From Alphaproteobacteria bacterium (GTDB taxonomy: Bacteria; Pseudomonadota; Alphaproteobacteria; SHVV01): DNA of 64,000 nucleotides. The notes beneath the pieces are model-generated. The model was not told where the DNA came from. It ran no database searches and saw only the letters and a list, made by a program, of their open reading frames with translations. Shown here piece after piece: positions 46,545-57,917 of the stretch (its first letter is position 1; each line of letters opens with the position of its first letter). The stretch is from positions 357,728-421,727 of the forward strand of contig OZ253470.1 in the NCBI GenBank assembly GCA_965261735.1, written 5' to 3'. A program made the position numbers and the translations under genes.

Positions 46545-47684
46545 ATGAACAGGCAGCTCATTATTTCCGGCGATTCGCACGTGCTCGAGCCCGACGATCT
46601 TTTCGCCAGGACGCTCGCCGCCAAATACGGCGATGCGGTGCCGCGCTACGTCGATGAGCACCTGGGCGTCAAGGGCCGGCACTACTTCACCGGCATCGAG
46701 TACGTCCGCGTCGACGAGATCGTCGAAGGCGGCGAGGGAAGCGAGGAAGCGGAGGCGTTGCAACAAAAGCTGATCGCGGCGTCGATGGACCCGGCCGCGC
46801 GCCTGGGCTGCCTCGACGAGGACGGAGTCTACGCCGAGATCCTCAACTCGACCTGGATGCTCTACACCATGCGCGCGCGCAATGACGACATGGTGCGCGA
46901 CTGCTGCGGCGTCTACAACGACTGGATGCGCGACATGGTCAGCCACGACCCCAAGCGGCTGTTCGGCACCGCCATGATCCACATGGAGGACGTGGATTGG
47001 GCGGTCAAGGAGCTCGAGCGGTGCAAGAAAATGGGTCTATGCGGGGTGCTCATCAACTGCGACACGCGCCCCGAATGGCCGCGCTACCAGGACCCCGTCT
47101 ACGACCCCTTCTGGGCCCGCGCGCAGGAACTCAACGTTCCGGTGACGCTACATATCATCACCGGCAACGTCCGCGATCCCTTCACCCTGTTCGGCGAGGA
47201 GCGCAAGGACCTCGCCCGTATCACGATGTGGATCCTGTTCGAGGCGCCGCCCGTTCTCGCCAACGAGTTCATCTTCGGCGGCGTCATGGACCGCTTCCCC
47301 GAACTCAAGATCGTCCTGTCGGAGTACGAGGTCTCGTGGCTGCCCTACTTCATGTTCCGCGCCAGGCAGATCCAGGAGGTCTTCAACCCCGCCATGGGGC
47401 GCCCGGCGATCAAGCTTCCCGTGAGCGACTACATGCGCCGCGTTTACCACGGCTTTGTCGATGACACCTACGTCGAAAAGGCGGTCGACGTCGTCGATCC
47501 CAAGACCCTGTTCTGGGGCTCGGACTTCCCGCACGCGCGCTGTACTTATCCCAACAGCCTCAAGGTGGTTGACGACACGCTGGCCAAGCTCGGCGAGCAG
47601 AACATGGCCGACATGAGCTACTACAACACCGCCCGGCTCTACGACATCCCACTGCCGGAAAGCCGCGCTATCGCCGCCGAGTAA
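46545..47684 (+). CDS. amidohydrolase family protein (ACMSD-like, amidohydrolase_2)
   Basis: ISGDSHVLEP near the N-terminus and WGSDFPHARCTYP near the C-terminus are typical metal-ligand blocks of amidohydrolase 2 enzymes. Confidence 0.8.
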   Translation: MNRQLIISGDSHVLEPDDLFARTLAAKYGDAVPRYVDEHLGVKGRHYFTGIEYVRVDEIVEGGEGSEEAEALQQKLIAASMDPAARLGCLDEDGVYAEILNSTWMLYTMRARNDDMVRDCCGVYNDWMRDMVSHDPKRLFGTAMIHMEDVDWAVKELERCKKMGLCGVLINCDTRPEWPRYQDPVYDPFWARAQELNVPVTLHIITGNVRDPFTLFGEERKDLARITMWILFEAPPVLANEFIFGGVMDRFPELKIVLSEYEVSWLPYFMFRARQIQEVFNPAMGRPAIKLPVSDYMRRVYHGFVDDTYVEKAVDVVDPKTLFWGSDFPHARCTYPNSLKVVDDTLAKLGEQNMADMSYYNTARLYDIPLPESRAIAAE

Positions 47685-47731
47685 GCGGCACGGGCACTCC
47701 GAGGGTGGAGACCTACGGCGCCGGGCTGGGC

Positions 47732-48772
47732 CTACGAGAGACCCACGTGAATGCGGATCTCTCCGAGCGCGCCGACCTCGAACCGGTCGCTTGGGCCGAT
47801 CAGCGTCGTCGAGCTGTACTCCTCGACGATCGCGGGACCTTTCGAAGCAAAACCGACGGGTAGGCGTGATCGTTGGAAAACGGCCGTAGGCAAGACGGCA
47901 TCCGCCTCCTTGAAGAACACCGGCCGTGGCGCCGCCATCGCGTCGGCCACCGGAGTTCCCTCGGTATTTGCGATCATCTCCAGGTTGGGTCGCGGGGTCG
48001 CGGCTCGGGCCGTTATCTGCAGGCTGACGAACTCGACCGGCACCTCGGAGTCGGCATGCCCGTAGCGCGCGCGGTAGACATCCTCGTACACCTGCCCGAT
48101 GTCGGCCGCCGTTTGTCCGGCAAGAACAGGCGTCTTCACCGAGTGCGCTTGTCCGCGATATCGCATTTCGGCGTCGCGCTCGAAAACGATGGGGCTATCG
48201 CCGATCTCGCGGGCGAGCCGTTCGGCGATCGTGGATTCGAGGTCCGTATACAGCGCCTCCATGTCGGAGATTGCCTGCTCGCCGAGCGGCCGCAGGAAGG
48301 TCTCGGCATCGTCGAGGCGTATGTCCGCCAGGAGCATGCCGATCGCCGAGAAGTTGCCGGGTTGGGGCGGCACGACGACGAGAGGAATATGCAGTTCGCG
48401 CGCGAGCGCCGAGGCGTGGAGCGGTCCACCGCCACCGTACGCGAACAACGCGAACTCCCGCGGGTCGATGCCTCGCTCGACCGTTATCTTCTTGATCGAC
48501 GCGGCCATGGTAACGATGGCGATCGCGACGATTCCCTCGCCGACCGTCAGCAAGCCCTGCTCATCAGAGCACCCGAGGGGTTGGGCCACGCGCTCGAGAA
48601 TCGCGCGCCGTGCACCGTCCGCGTCGAGGCTTAGGTCGCCGCCGAGAAACGCCTGCGGGTCGAGCCGTCCGAGGACGACGTTGGCATCGGTCACGGTCGG
48701 CTCGGTTCCGCCCAGATCATAGGCAACGGGCCCTGGTTCGGAGCCGGCAGATCGCGGCCCGACATGGAGCCG
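47732..48772 (-). pseudogene. hydantoinase/oxoprolinase A-type protein, C-terminal part only
   Basis: TDANVVLGRLDP..FLGG..LD, GIDPREFALFAYGGGGPLHA and the C-terminal domain are present. The N-terminal ~350 aa are missing and the frame runs into the IS6 type 3 end at 48773. Confidence 0.75.
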
Positions 48773-49664
48773 GGCTCTGTTGCAAAGTCCGGCTATTTGG
48801 TGACGTGTCTGCGTGATCTGCCGAGAGGGGTTGAGGCATGAGCGACTTCAAGGGACGTCACTTCCGGGGGGAGATCGTGCTCTGGGCCGTACGCTGGTAC
48901 TGCCGGTATCCGATCAGCTACCGCGACCTCGAAGCGATGATGACCGAGCGCGGCGTCGCGGTCGACCACTCCACGATCTATCGTTGGGTGCAGCGTTTCG
49001 CGCCGGAGATGGAGAAACGTCTGCGCTGGCAGTGGCGCCGGCCGCAGTCGCGGAGTTGGCGCGTCGACGAGACCTACATCAAGGTCCGCGGCAAGTGGGC
49101 GTATCTGTACCGGGCGGTGGACAAGCTCGGGAACACGATCGATTTCTACCTCTCGGCGACCCGCAACACCAAGGCAGCGAAGCGATTTCTCGGCAAGGCG
49201 CTGAGAGGATTGAAAGAGTGGGAGCAGCCCGAGGTGCTCAACACCGACAAGGCGCCGGCCTATGCCGCTGCCATCGCGGAGCTGAAGGCCGAGGGCAAGT
49301 GCCCGAAGGACACGAGGCACAGGCAGGTGAAATACCTCAACAACGTCATCGAGGCCGACCACGGCAAGCTCAAGCTGCTGATCCGGCCCGTGCGCGGGTT
49401 CAAGACGCTGAAGACGGCCTACGCCACGATCAAGGGCTTCGAGGTGATGCGCGCGCTGCGCAAGGGCCAGGCCGGGATGTTCGCCCTCCAGGGCGGCATT
49501 GTCGGCGAGGCCCGGATCGTCGAGCGCGCCTTCGATCTCGGACGGTGCGCTCTGACCGAGGCGGTGGCGTTGCTACAGGACCGTCTGGCCAACGCAGAAA
49601 CATGACGAAAGCACGGTTGTCGTCCTGATCTGACTCACCCCTACGTCAGGTTTGCAACAGAGCC
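48773..49664 (+). mobile_element. IS6-family element, type 3 (IS26-like ends)
   Basis: Perfect 14-bp IRs GGCTCTGTTGCAAA / TTTGCAACAGAGCC, compared with IS26 GGCACTGTTGCAAA. Confidence 0.85.
48838..49605 (+). CDS. IS6 family transposase
   Basis: MSDFKGRHFRGEIVLWAVRWYCRYPISYRDLEAMMTERGVAVDHSTIYRWVQRFAPE..VDETYIKVRGKW, 255 aa. Confidence 0.9.
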   Translation: MSDFKGRHFRGEIVLWAVRWYCRYPISYRDLEAMMTERGVAVDHSTIYRWVQRFAPEMEKRLRWQWRRPQSRSWRVDETYIKVRGKWAYLYRAVDKLGNTIDFYLSATRNTKAAKRFLGKALRGLKEWEQPEVLNTDKAPAYAAAIAELKAEGKCPKDTRHRQVKYLNNVIEADHGKLKLLIRPVRGFKTLKTAYATIKGFEVMRALRKGQAGMFALQGGIVGEARIVERAFDLGRCALTEAVALLQDRLANAET

Positions 49665-50095
49665 ATTCGATCCGCTCTGAGCGCCACCTGATGGAGCAGC
49701 TGGAGTTCAACCTTCTGTTCCGCTGGTTCGTGGGTCTCGGGGTTGACGAGCGGGTGTGGGACGCGATGGTGTTCACCAAGAACCGGGAGCGTCTTCTGGC
49801 TGGCGAGGTGGCGTCGCGCTTTCTGGCACGGCTGATTGGGCTTCCGGCGGTGAGGCGGCTTCTGTCGCGGGAGCACTTCTCGGTGGACGGGACGCTGATC
49901 GAGGCGTGGGCGTCGATCAAGAGCTTCCGGCCGATTGATGAGGAGCCGCCAGACGCGGACAGCCGGCTCTACCGCAAGGGCCGGGGCAAGGAAGCCAAGC
50001 TCAGCTATATGGGCCATGCGCTGATGGAGAACCGGGATGGCTTGGTCGTGGACGGTCTGGCGAGCCGGGCGACGGGCGCGGCCGAATGCCTGGCG
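49665..50095 (+). pseudogene. IS5-family transposase internal fragment
   Basis: SIRSERHLMEQLEFNLLFRWFVGLGVDERVWDAMVFTKNRERLL..EHFSVDGTLIEAWASIKSFRP..RLYRKGRGKEAKLSYMGHALMENRDGLVVD. It begins exactly at the IS6 end, seems to carry an internal deletion, and loses homology near 50095. Confidence 0.7.
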
Positions 50096-50500
50096 GGCGA
50101 GGTGACCGTGTATCGCGCGCCCACTCGTCGGGCGATTGAGCTCTGCCGACCGGGCGGATTCGCGCTCCAGTCGGCATGGGCGACGAACTCAGGTAAGCGC
50201 ATGCTTCGGTTTCCAACGAATGCCGCCGGTATAGCGATCCCGGAGGGTCTCGCAGCCTCCGTTGATGTGATCCACCCAGCGGCCGATGGCCGGAGCGCTG
50301 CCTCGGGGCGGAACCTCAAATCCGGGTACTGGGGCGGGAGCCGATGGAGCCTGCCGCGTGGCCGTCTCTTGCACAAACGGCGCCCAGCGGATTGGTCCAC
50401 AATCCCGGGTAGCCGCGACAGTTTGTCTCGATTACATCGGTGACGCGGTAATGGCGGTGGTATCCTCTCTGCTGCCGGCACATGGCCCACACTTGTTCTG

Positions 50501-51523
50501 ATGATTGACGCTCCCCTCTCGGTTCTTGACCTATCTCCGATTGTCGAGGGCAACGACGCCCGCCAAGCGTTGCTCAATACCATGGACTTGGCGCGCCACG
50601 CCGAAGTATGGGGCTACACGCGCTACTGGCTGGCCGAGCATCACAACATGCCCGGCATCGCCAGTGCGGCGACAGCGGTGGTGATAGGCCAAGTCGCGCA
50701 GGCAACAGCAACAATCCGTGTCGGCGCCGGCGGTGTCATGCTGCCCAACCATGCCCCGCTCGTCATCGCCGAACAGTTCGGCACCCTTGCGGCCCTTTTT
50801 CCGGGCCGGATCGATCTGGGTCTGGGTCGCGCACCCGGCACCGATCAACACACCTCCCGTGCGCTACGCCGCACCCTGGCCGGTAACCCTGATGCCTTCC
50901 CGCAAGACGTTATGGAACTACAGCAATACTTCAAGGAACCGGCACCGGACCAATTCGTGCGCGCCGTGCCGGGTGCCGGCCTGAATGTGCCGATTTGGAT
51001 CTTGGGCTCCAGCCTCTACGGCGCTCAGCTGGCTGCTGCCCTTGGGCTCCCTTATGCCTTTGCCTCCCATTTTGCGCCCGCGGCCTTGATGCAAGCCATT
51101 GCCATCTACCGCGAACGCTTCGAACCGTCGGCGCAACTCAATGAGCCCTATGTCATGTTGGGTATGAACGTCTTCGCCGCCGATACCGAAGAGGAAGCCC
51201 ATTTTCTTAGAACCGCGGTCCTGCAGTCCTTTGTCAATTTGCGCCGCGGCATACCGGGCAAACTGCCGCTGCCAGTGGCCGATTACACGGATTGGGTGAC
51301 GCCGGACGAACGTGCGATGCTGGAAGCGGCTCTGTCCTGCTCCGCCGTCGGCACGCCCGACACGGTCGAACGCGAGATCGCCTCCTTCGTTGAGCGAACC
51401 GGTGCCGACGAAATCATGATCACCTCGAACATCCACGACCACGGCAAGCGGCTGCGGTCCTTCAAACTGGTGGCTGAGATGATGGCCGCCGCCTCGCAGC
51501 TTCAGGGAAGCACCACGCCCTAG
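50501..51523 (+). CDS. LLM-class flavin-dependent oxidoreductase (MsnO8/YhbW-like)
   Basis: [71 protein letters not shown]. Confidence 0.85.
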   Translation: MIDAPLSVLDLSPIVEGNDARQALLNTMDLARHAEVWGYTRYWLAEHHNMPGIASAATAVVIGQVAQATATIRVGAGGVMLPNHAPLVIAEQFGTLAALFPGRIDLGLGRAPGTDQHTSRALRRTLAGNPDAFPQDVMELQQYFKEPAPDQFVRAVPGAGLNVPIWILGSSLYGAQLAAALGLPYAFASHFAPAALMQAIAIYRERFEPSAQLNEPYVMLGMNVFAADTEEEAHFLRTAVLQSFVNLRRGIPGKLPLPVADYTDWVTPDERAMLEAALSCSAVGTPDTVEREIASFVERTGADEIMITSNIHDHGKRLRSFKLVAEMMAAASQLQGSTTP

Positions 51524-51620
51524 TGGATCGAATCTTACGTTTGGTATCTGCGTTTGACGGTGAGGATGATTTTGCCCGGATTTGCGGTCCAACGAAATAG
51601 TTTGGCCTCGCTGGCCTTAT

Positions 51621-52044
51621 CAGCCCGTTGATTAAGTGGCTTTTTCCGGCTCTCACTCCCAGATGAGGAATGCGGCGGCGAAAGCCGTCTGGCCGCTTTG
51701 CGAGCCCCCCCCGTGCCACCAGCATGGCCCCGGTGGGCGTGAGCAGAACGAAAATACCGCCATATCCGCCCGCCACGGCCTCCCGCGGGGTGCCGGCGCC
51801 GATGAGCTGGCGCATCAGTAACGATAGATTGTGGCCGGCGACGTGGAGCAGGTATCGCTTGTGCACATTCTCTCGCCCGCGCAGCCAGGTTCGTCGCATG
51901 CCGCCACGATCGAGGTTGTGGGCAAAGCAGCGCTCGACGATCTCGGCGCGCAGCTTGAAGGCCTCGCGGGCGACCCCGGACTTGAGCCGCGCACGGTTGT
52001 TGGTGACCGCGCGCCGCGCCGCCTCATCACCGTGCCAGCGCGAA
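51621..52044 (-). pseudogene. IS1182/IS5-like transposase C-terminal fragment with element end
   Basis: ..SRWHGDEAARRAVTNNRARLKSGVAREAFKLRAEIVERCFAHNLDRGGMRRTWLRGRENVHKRYLLHVAGHNLSLLMRQL.. matches 56190.. on the plus strand. It is cut by the IS21 end at 52045. Confidence 0.65.
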
Positions 52045-52245
52045 TGTCAACGGCGGAGCAAAATTAGTCCACCCGGGCGGAGCAAAACTAGTCCACTTAA
52101 ATGTTATGCGGTACGCGGTGTTGGGGGGTTGTCCCGGTAGTCCATAGGAGGGACCCGCGCTGCTTCGTGTAGCGCTTGCGTTACGCGGAGCGAAGCAGCG
52201 TGGGAGGTTCCTGTGGGCCCACCGGGTCAACCATTGCACCGGCGG

Positions 52246-53016
52246 TTAAGCAGGTATTTTTGGGGATTTCCGCCGTTTTTGGCTTTGGTTGAGACGATAG
52301 CTCTCGCCGTTCATTTCCAGGATATGGACATGGTGGGTGAGGCGGTCCAGCAAAGCCCCGGTCAGGCGTTCCGAGCCGAATATCTCCGTCCACTCATCGA
52401 ACGGCAAGTTGGAGGTCACCAGGATCGAGCCCCGCTCGTAGCGCTGGCTGAAGACTTCGAACAGCAGCTCGGCACCGGTCTTCGAGAGCGGCACGAAGCC
52501 GAGTTCGTCGATGATCAGAAGGTGATACTTTGCCAGTTGCTTCTGCAGGCGCAACAGGCGTTTTTCATCCCTGGCCTCCATCAGTTCATGAACCAGGGCA
52601 GCGGCCGTGAGGAAGCCGACGGAGAGCCCCTTTTGGCAGGCCGCCAGACCGAGACCGAGGGTGATATGGGTCTTGCCGGTTCCGCTGTTGCCGAGCGCGA
52701 TGATATTCTCACGACGCTCGACGTATTCGCATCGCGCCAACTCCAGAACCAGCATCTTGTTGAGCGATGCGATGGCCTTGAAGTCGAAGCTGTCGAGGCT
52801 TTTGACGGCGGGGAACCTGGCCTGTCTGATCCGCCGCTCGACCATGCGGCGCTCACGGTCGATCAGTTCCAACTCGGTCAGACGGACAAGATACCGCACA
52901 TGGTCGGCGCCCTCGGTGGCGCATTGGCGGGCCAGCTTGTCGTATTCGCGCAGGAACGTCGGCAGTTTCAGGGTCTTGAGGTGATGGGCCAGCAACACTT
53001 GCGGCGTATCGGTCAT
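52246..53016 (-). CDS. istB: IS21 helper ATPase IstB
   Basis: Start at MTDTPQVLLAHHLKTLKL (its ATG overlaps the istA-frame stop, ATGA). Walker A GNSGTGKTH and LLIIDELGF are present. Confidence 0.9.
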   Translation of the reverse strand: MTDTPQVLLAHHLKTLKLPTFLREYDKLARQCATEGADHVRYLVRLTELELIDRERRMVERRIRQARFPAVKSLDSFDFKAIASLNKMLVLELARCEYVERRENIIALGNSGTGKTHITLGLGLAACQKGLSVGFLTAAALVHELMEARDEKRLLRLQKQLAKYHLLIIDELGFVPLSKTGAELLFEVFSQRYERGSILVTSNLPFDEWTEIFGSERLTGALLDRLTHHVHILEMNGESYRLNQSQKRRKSPKIPA

Positions 53017-54512
53017 GACGCGCCTCCACCCAACAAGCTCATATAACTGGCGGCGGCCGTGGTCGCCACGTTGGCCCGAGGCAGGTAGGGATAGATATCC
53101 AGGTCGAGTTTGGGCGGGCGTCGCTCGATACGGCACAGCACAAGGTGTTTGACGGCGTCGTAGCCGATCGCACCCAGGCGCAGGGCGTCCTTCACCGCGC
53201 CGTGAAGCACCTCGAGATCGAAGGTCTCCAGAAGCCGAAGGACCTGGACCTATTCCCGCTTGCCGGCCTTGCCCATGCGCGCCTCCAGGAGACGGCGCAG
53301 GGTTGGGAAGGCATCAGGCAGTTCCCATCCGGCTAGCGGCGCGGCCTGATCCAGGGCGCCGATCTTGTGCTCCAGCAAAGGCAGGTAGTGGATCGGATCG
53401 AAGACCATATCTTCCCGGTCGTAGGAACGGGGGTGTCGGGCAATGATCCCGGCGCCGCAACCGATAACCACCTCGTGGACATAGCCACGGATCCAGACTT
53501 CCTGATGGCCGTAGGCGACGGGCACGGAATAGTCATTCGTCCGGTAGCGCACCAGGGACAGCGAGTTGACCCGCGTGCCCTGCTTGTCGCACGCGTCGAA
53601 CGGTGCCGGCAGTGGCCTCTTCAACGCTTCGCGGTCACGCACAAACCGTTCGCCGATGCTCTCGCGGTGGCCGCGCAGGACGTTGCCTTGCCGGTTGCGG
53701 CATTGCTCTTCCAGGTGGCCATTGAAGGCGTCCCAGCTCGCGAACCGGGGAAGCGGCGTCATGAAGTTCCGCCGGGCATAGCCGACCACCCCCTCCACAT
53801 TGCCTTTGTCGTTACCCTTGCCGGGACGGCCGTAGCGGTCCTCGAAGAGGTAATGGGACTGCAGCCCGCTGAACGCCCGCGTTCGTTGCCGCGTGCCATC
53901 TGACAAGATGCGCGACACCAGACACTTGTCGTTGTCGTAAAGAATCGATTGGGGAACGCCGCCGAAAAAAACAAAGGCTCTGTTGTGCCCGTCCAGCCAG
54001 GCCTCCGTCGTCGCCGCCGGGTAGGCCGCAACGAAGCAGGCATCGCTGTGGGGAAGTGTCATGACGAAAAAATGCGCCCGATACTTGACGCCGGCGATGA
54101 TCGCATCCGCCTCGCCAAAGTCCGCTTGAGCATGGCCCGGAGGATGTGACAACGGCACAAACATCTCACGCCGACGAAGGCGCCGTTCCCGAACGTAATC
54201 CTTCACGATGGTCTCTTTGCCCGTGAAGCCATGTTCGTCGCGAAGGCGCTCGAATATACGCTTCGCCGTGTGGTGCTGCTTACGGTGAACCGTTCGGTCC
54301 TCCTCCAGAATACGGTCGATGATATCCGTGAAGGGGGCCAGTTTCGGGCGTTTCGGTGGCTGGCGTCGCCGATATCCCGGCGGTTCCGAATGCCGCAGCA
54401 TCTTCCTCACCGTCTCGCGCGCAATGCCAAACCGACTTGCCGCCTCTCGCTGGCTCAGACCATCAACATGGCAGGCCAGCCGAACGCGCAGATATAGGTC
54501 CACGGTGTACAT
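53013..54512 (-). pseudogene. istA: IS21 transposase IstA with in-frame amber stop
   Basis: MYTVDLYLRVRLACHVDGLSQREAASRFGI.. runs to ..ARMGKAGKRE, then TAG (53250-53252). The same frame continues as VQVLRLLETFDLEVLHGAVKDALRLGAIGYDAVKHL.. to the stop overlapping istB. Confidence 0.8.
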
Positions 54513-54719
54513 CCTCCCGCCTTCCATCTCAAAAAAGATCGAAGGCTACAGGTGGCAGAGTTTTACTCCGCCCGCGGCTGGGAAATCCCGCCGCTTCCGT
54601 GGACTAATTTGTCACCGCCGTTCTCATCCGGTGGTGATGAAAAATTCCAAGGTTTCTGCGATAGATGGAATAAATGAGAGGGACAGGGACAGGCGTCATC
54701 CCAGCTAGTCCACCGCCGA

Positions 54720-55208
54720 TCAGCTTCCCTTGAAGGTCAGGCTGGCGGGCAAGATCAAGACGCCAAACGTCTCACACCAGATTACGACGCTGGCATAGTC
54801 GCGGGGATTAACGCCCTCGGGGATCGGATAGTTCTGGCTGCCGCGAAATGCGCGAAGTCGTCCAAGGTCCTTGAATTCGGCATCCTTGACGTCGCTCGAA
54901 TTCTTGACGTCCTTCTTCTTGACCAGATAGACGTGGTATTTCGGACCAGGGCCGACCTCGAGCCCATTTTCAATTCGCACGAGATCGCGAAATACGGTCA
55001 CCGGCCCTTTGCCATAATGAACCGGATCCGACGGATTTGCGTGGATGAAAGTGCCATCCGCCACGGCCTGGCGATTGGACGCATCCAACGTTTCGTTAGC
55101 GACGACGTCAGCTAGAAATATATAAGGATAAACGAATATGCCACCGGCGAAACCGATGCCGGCGCCGATGACACCGCCAATGATCAGGATGACCAATATT
55201 CTCAGCAT
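54720..55208 (-). CDS. DM13 domain-containing membrane-anchored protein
   Basis: Start at MLRILVILIIGGVIGAGIG (N-terminal TM). GKGPVTVF..VGPGPKYHVYLV..LGRLRAFRGSQNYPIP..YASVVIWCETFGVLI fits the DM13 layout. Confidence 0.65.
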   Translation of the reverse strand: MLRILVILIIGGVIGAGIGFAGGIFVYPYIFLADVVANETLDASNRQAVADGTFIHANPSDPVHYGKGPVTVFRDLVRIENGLEVGPGPKYHVYLVKKKDVKNSSDVKDAEFKDLGRLRAFRGSQNYPIPEGVNPRDYASVVIWCETFGVLILPASLTFKGS

Positions 55209-55219
55209 GTGACCGAACC

Positions 55220-55850
55220 TCACCCGACGCGATACTCTGTGTCTATCGAAATTGCACCGTCGGCCGTTGCCCGGCCTTCCTCGACAAGTTTGACGAGATG
55301 CGAAAACACCGACCGTCCGGCGGCCGGAATTAACCTGGGATCGAGGCCGACATAAATTTCCGGCACCACCTTTTCGATCCGGCTGACGCCGCGCGCCAAA
55401 CATTCGAGAATTTGCCCCTCGCGCTCTTCACGGTGGGCGATCAGGGCCTGCAGGTACGTCTTGGGGTCGGTGATCGCCGGCCCGTGGGTCGGCCAGTAGA
55501 TTTCGTCGTCGCGATCCAACAGGCGCCGCAGATTCGCCATGTAATCGGCCATGTCGCCATCCGGCGGCGACACCACCGTTGTCGACCAGCCCATCACGTG
55601 ATCCCCGGGGAACAGCGCTTTCTCCTCGCGAAGCTGATAGCAGATGTGATTGGTCGTGTGTCCGGGCGTGTAAACGCATTCGACCGACCAGCCATCGCCC
55701 TCGATGACATCGCCGTCGCGGACCTCAACGTCGGGGACGAAATCCCTGTCGCCGCCCTCCTCCACCGCAATTCCTTGCTCGTATTTGCCGGCACCGTGGG
55801 GGCGGTAGGCGTAGGTCGGTGCACCGGTCGCCTGTTTGAGACCCTTGAAA
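55220..55850 (-). pseudogene. MBL-fold metallo-hydrolase, N-terminally truncated
   Basis: TPGHTTNHICY, FPGDHVMGWST and a C-terminal winged-helix-like tail are present. The HxHxDH region is missing and there is an in-frame stop near 55855 at the junction with IS1182-like sequence. Confidence 0.65.
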
Positions 55851-56523
55851 AATAGGGCTCAGACGGATTGGGTTTCGAAGAGCGACCCCGAGGCCAAGAT
55901 CGCCAAGATGAAGGACGGCACGACGCATCTGGCCTACAAGCCCGAGCACGCGGTGGATCTGGACACCGGCGCGGTGGTGGCGGCCGAGCTGCACCCGGCC
56001 GATGAGGGCGACACCACGACGCTTTCCAAGACCCTGGCGAAGGCCGAGGCAAACCTCGAGGCGGTGGATGCGGCACCGACGTCGGAGGACCCGGCCGAAT
56101 GCGTCGCCGACAAAGGTTATCACTCACGGGCGGTCTTGAGAGCTCTGAACGACAGTCCCTGGAAGACCCGGATCGCGGCGCCCAAGCAGACCGGCTTTTC
56201 GCGCTGGCACGGTGATGAGGCGGCGCGGCGCGCGGTCACCAACAACCGTGCACGGCTCAAGTCCGGGGTCGCCCGCGAGGCCTTCAAGCTGCGCGCCGAG
56301 ATCGTCGAGCGCTGCTTTGCCCACAACCTCGATCGTGGCGGCATGCGACGAACCTGGCTGCGCGGGCGAGAGAATGTGCACAAGCGATACCTGCTCCACG
56401 TCGCCGGCCACAATCTATCGTTACTGATGCGCCAGCTCATCGGCGCCGGCACCCCGCAGGAGGCCGTGGCGGGCGGATATGGCGGCATTTTCGTTCTGCT
56501 CACGCCCACCGGAGCCATGCTGG
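55851..56523 (+). pseudogene. IS1182/IS5-like transposase fragment (continues at 57918..58032 after the IS256 insertion)
   Basis: SDPEAKIAKMKDGTTHLAYKPEHAVDLDTGAVV..CVADKGYHS..RCFAHNLDRGGMRRTWLRG. The 5' half is absent and it is interrupted by IS256 copy D. The shared terminus ..CAACGGGCTG lies at 58032. Confidence 0.65.
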
Positions 56524-57917
56524 GGTTGTGTCTCGAAAGTGGTGGAAATTGGTTTTGGCGCCTCTCCGAGCGGGTTGAGTTTTGCGGCGGTCAGGCTGCG
56601 CGGTCAAGGGTTTCGTCGGCGATTAGCTGATCGAGGGTTTCCCATCCATCGACTTTGCGCATCTGGATTTGGCCGGAAGCGAGGAGTGCCCAGAGGAGCA
56701 TCGGCACTGTTTCGGGACACGGCAGCACGGTCTGTGTTTTGATCCGGCGCTTGAACTCCTCGTTGAGACGCTCAATGGTGTTGGTCGTTCGGGCTGATTT
56801 CCATTGGCTCTTGGACAGGCGCGTGAAGGTAAAGAGCTTGTCGCCCGCTTCTGCGAGGCTGTCCGCGACGGCCCTGCATTTCAGCCGCCACTTGCGGACA
56901 AACGCCTTGCGGCGGGTTTCCACCTCGGAGGCAGTGTCGGCATAGATCATATCGCGGTAATCTTCGCTCAGCTCGTCATGCATGTGTTTGGGAGCATGAC
57001 CCAGAAGGTTGCGGTGCTTGTGCACGGTGCAGCGTTGAACGGGAAGGTCATCGCCCCAAAGCGCCGACAGAGCCGCCTCCAGTCCCGGCGCGCCATCGAC
57101 GATGACAAACCCGGGCCGTTTCAGTCCACGCGCATCAAGGTCGTCGAGGAACTGGCGCCACGCCGCCTGGCTTTCTCCGCCCATATTCCCGATCGAAAGC
57201 AAGACCTTCTGGCCATCCCGGCGCACCCCTATAGCCGCGAGAACCGAGATGTTGGTGGCCTTGCGGTCCAGTCGGGTCTTGATCACAGTGCCGTCAAGGA
57301 TCAGCCGAACGATATCCTCATCCGCGAGGCCACGGCTGCACCAGGCGTCCCAATCGACCTTCACCTTGCGCCACGCCCGGCTCACAACGTCCTTGCTCAC
57401 AGCACCCCGGAAGAGCCCGAACAGCGCGCGTTTCACCCGCCGCGTGTTGGTTCCGGACAGATACACCGAAGCGATCAGCGCCTCGGCCTTTCTGGTCAGC
57501 CGCTGGTAGCGCGGCAGCGCCCGCGAACGCCATTCCGACGCCCGACCGTCTTCCTCAACGATCCGCGCACGCGGCACGCTCACCCTCTCGATCCCGAATG
57601 TCCCCGTCAGTTGCCGCTCCCGGTGCCCGTTCCGATACCCTTGCCGAAGCGCGTCCTCTCGACCGTATCGGCAGCGCCCGAGAAACTGCGCAAGTTCCTC
57701 CTCAAAAACGGCCTCGATCGTGGATCTGATGTTCTCCCGCAGCCGGTCCTCGAGCGGATCATAGCCGGCGTCATTGGCCAGTAGCGAAAGCGCGGAAGTC
57801 TCGGTAGTGTTCTTCATGGCGTGATCTCCTTGGCGGTGCTAGCCGCCGATTGGGTGGTTGTCTTGTCACCCGGAGATTACGCCATCCTCAAATTTCCACC
57901 ACTTTCGAGACACAGCC
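56524..57917 (-). mobile_element. IS256-family element, copy D (intact)
   Basis: Same IRs, with an 8-bp target duplication CATGCTGG (56516-56523 and 57918-57925) inside the IS1182-like element. Confidence 0.9.
56591..57817 (-). CDS. IS256 family transposase
   Basis: 408 aa, two substitutions relative to copy B. Confidence 0.9.
   Translation of the reverse strand: MKNTTETSALSLLANDAGYDPLEDRLRENIRSTIEAVFEEELAQFLGRCRYGREDALRQGYRNGHRERQLTGTFGIERVSVPRARIVEEDGRASEWRSRALPRYQRLTRKAEALIASVYLSGTNTRRVKRALFGLFRGAVSKDVVSRAWRKVKVDWDAWCSRGLADEDIVRLILDGTVIKTRLDRKATNISVLAAIGVRRDGQKVLLSIGNMGGESQAAWRQFLDDLDARGLKRPGFVIVDGAPGLEAALSALWGDDLPVQRCTVHKHRNLLGHAPKHMHDELSEDYRDMIYADTASEVETRRKAFVRKWRLKCRAVADSLAEAGDKLFTFTRLSKSQWKSARTTNTIERLNEEFKRRIKTQTVLPCPETVPMLLWALLASGQIQMRKVDGWETLDQLIADETLDRAA

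Larger units (their letters stand above)
52045..54626 (-). mobile_element. IS21-family element, full length
   Basis: TG..CA termini (TGTCAACGGCGGAGCAAAATTAGTCC.. / ..GGACTAATTTGTCACCGCCGTTCTCA). Repeated GGCGGAGCAAAA(T/C)TAGTCCAC boxes lie at the right end. The gene order is istA-istB. Confidence 0.9.

Noticed and set aside
50100-50212. Possible N-terminus (MRLPEFVAHADWSANPPGRQ..) of a small conserved hypothetical gene on the minus strand
   Set aside because: Only about 35 codons are plausible before the IS5 fragment, and the recognition rests on vague memory. It is not listed as a feature.
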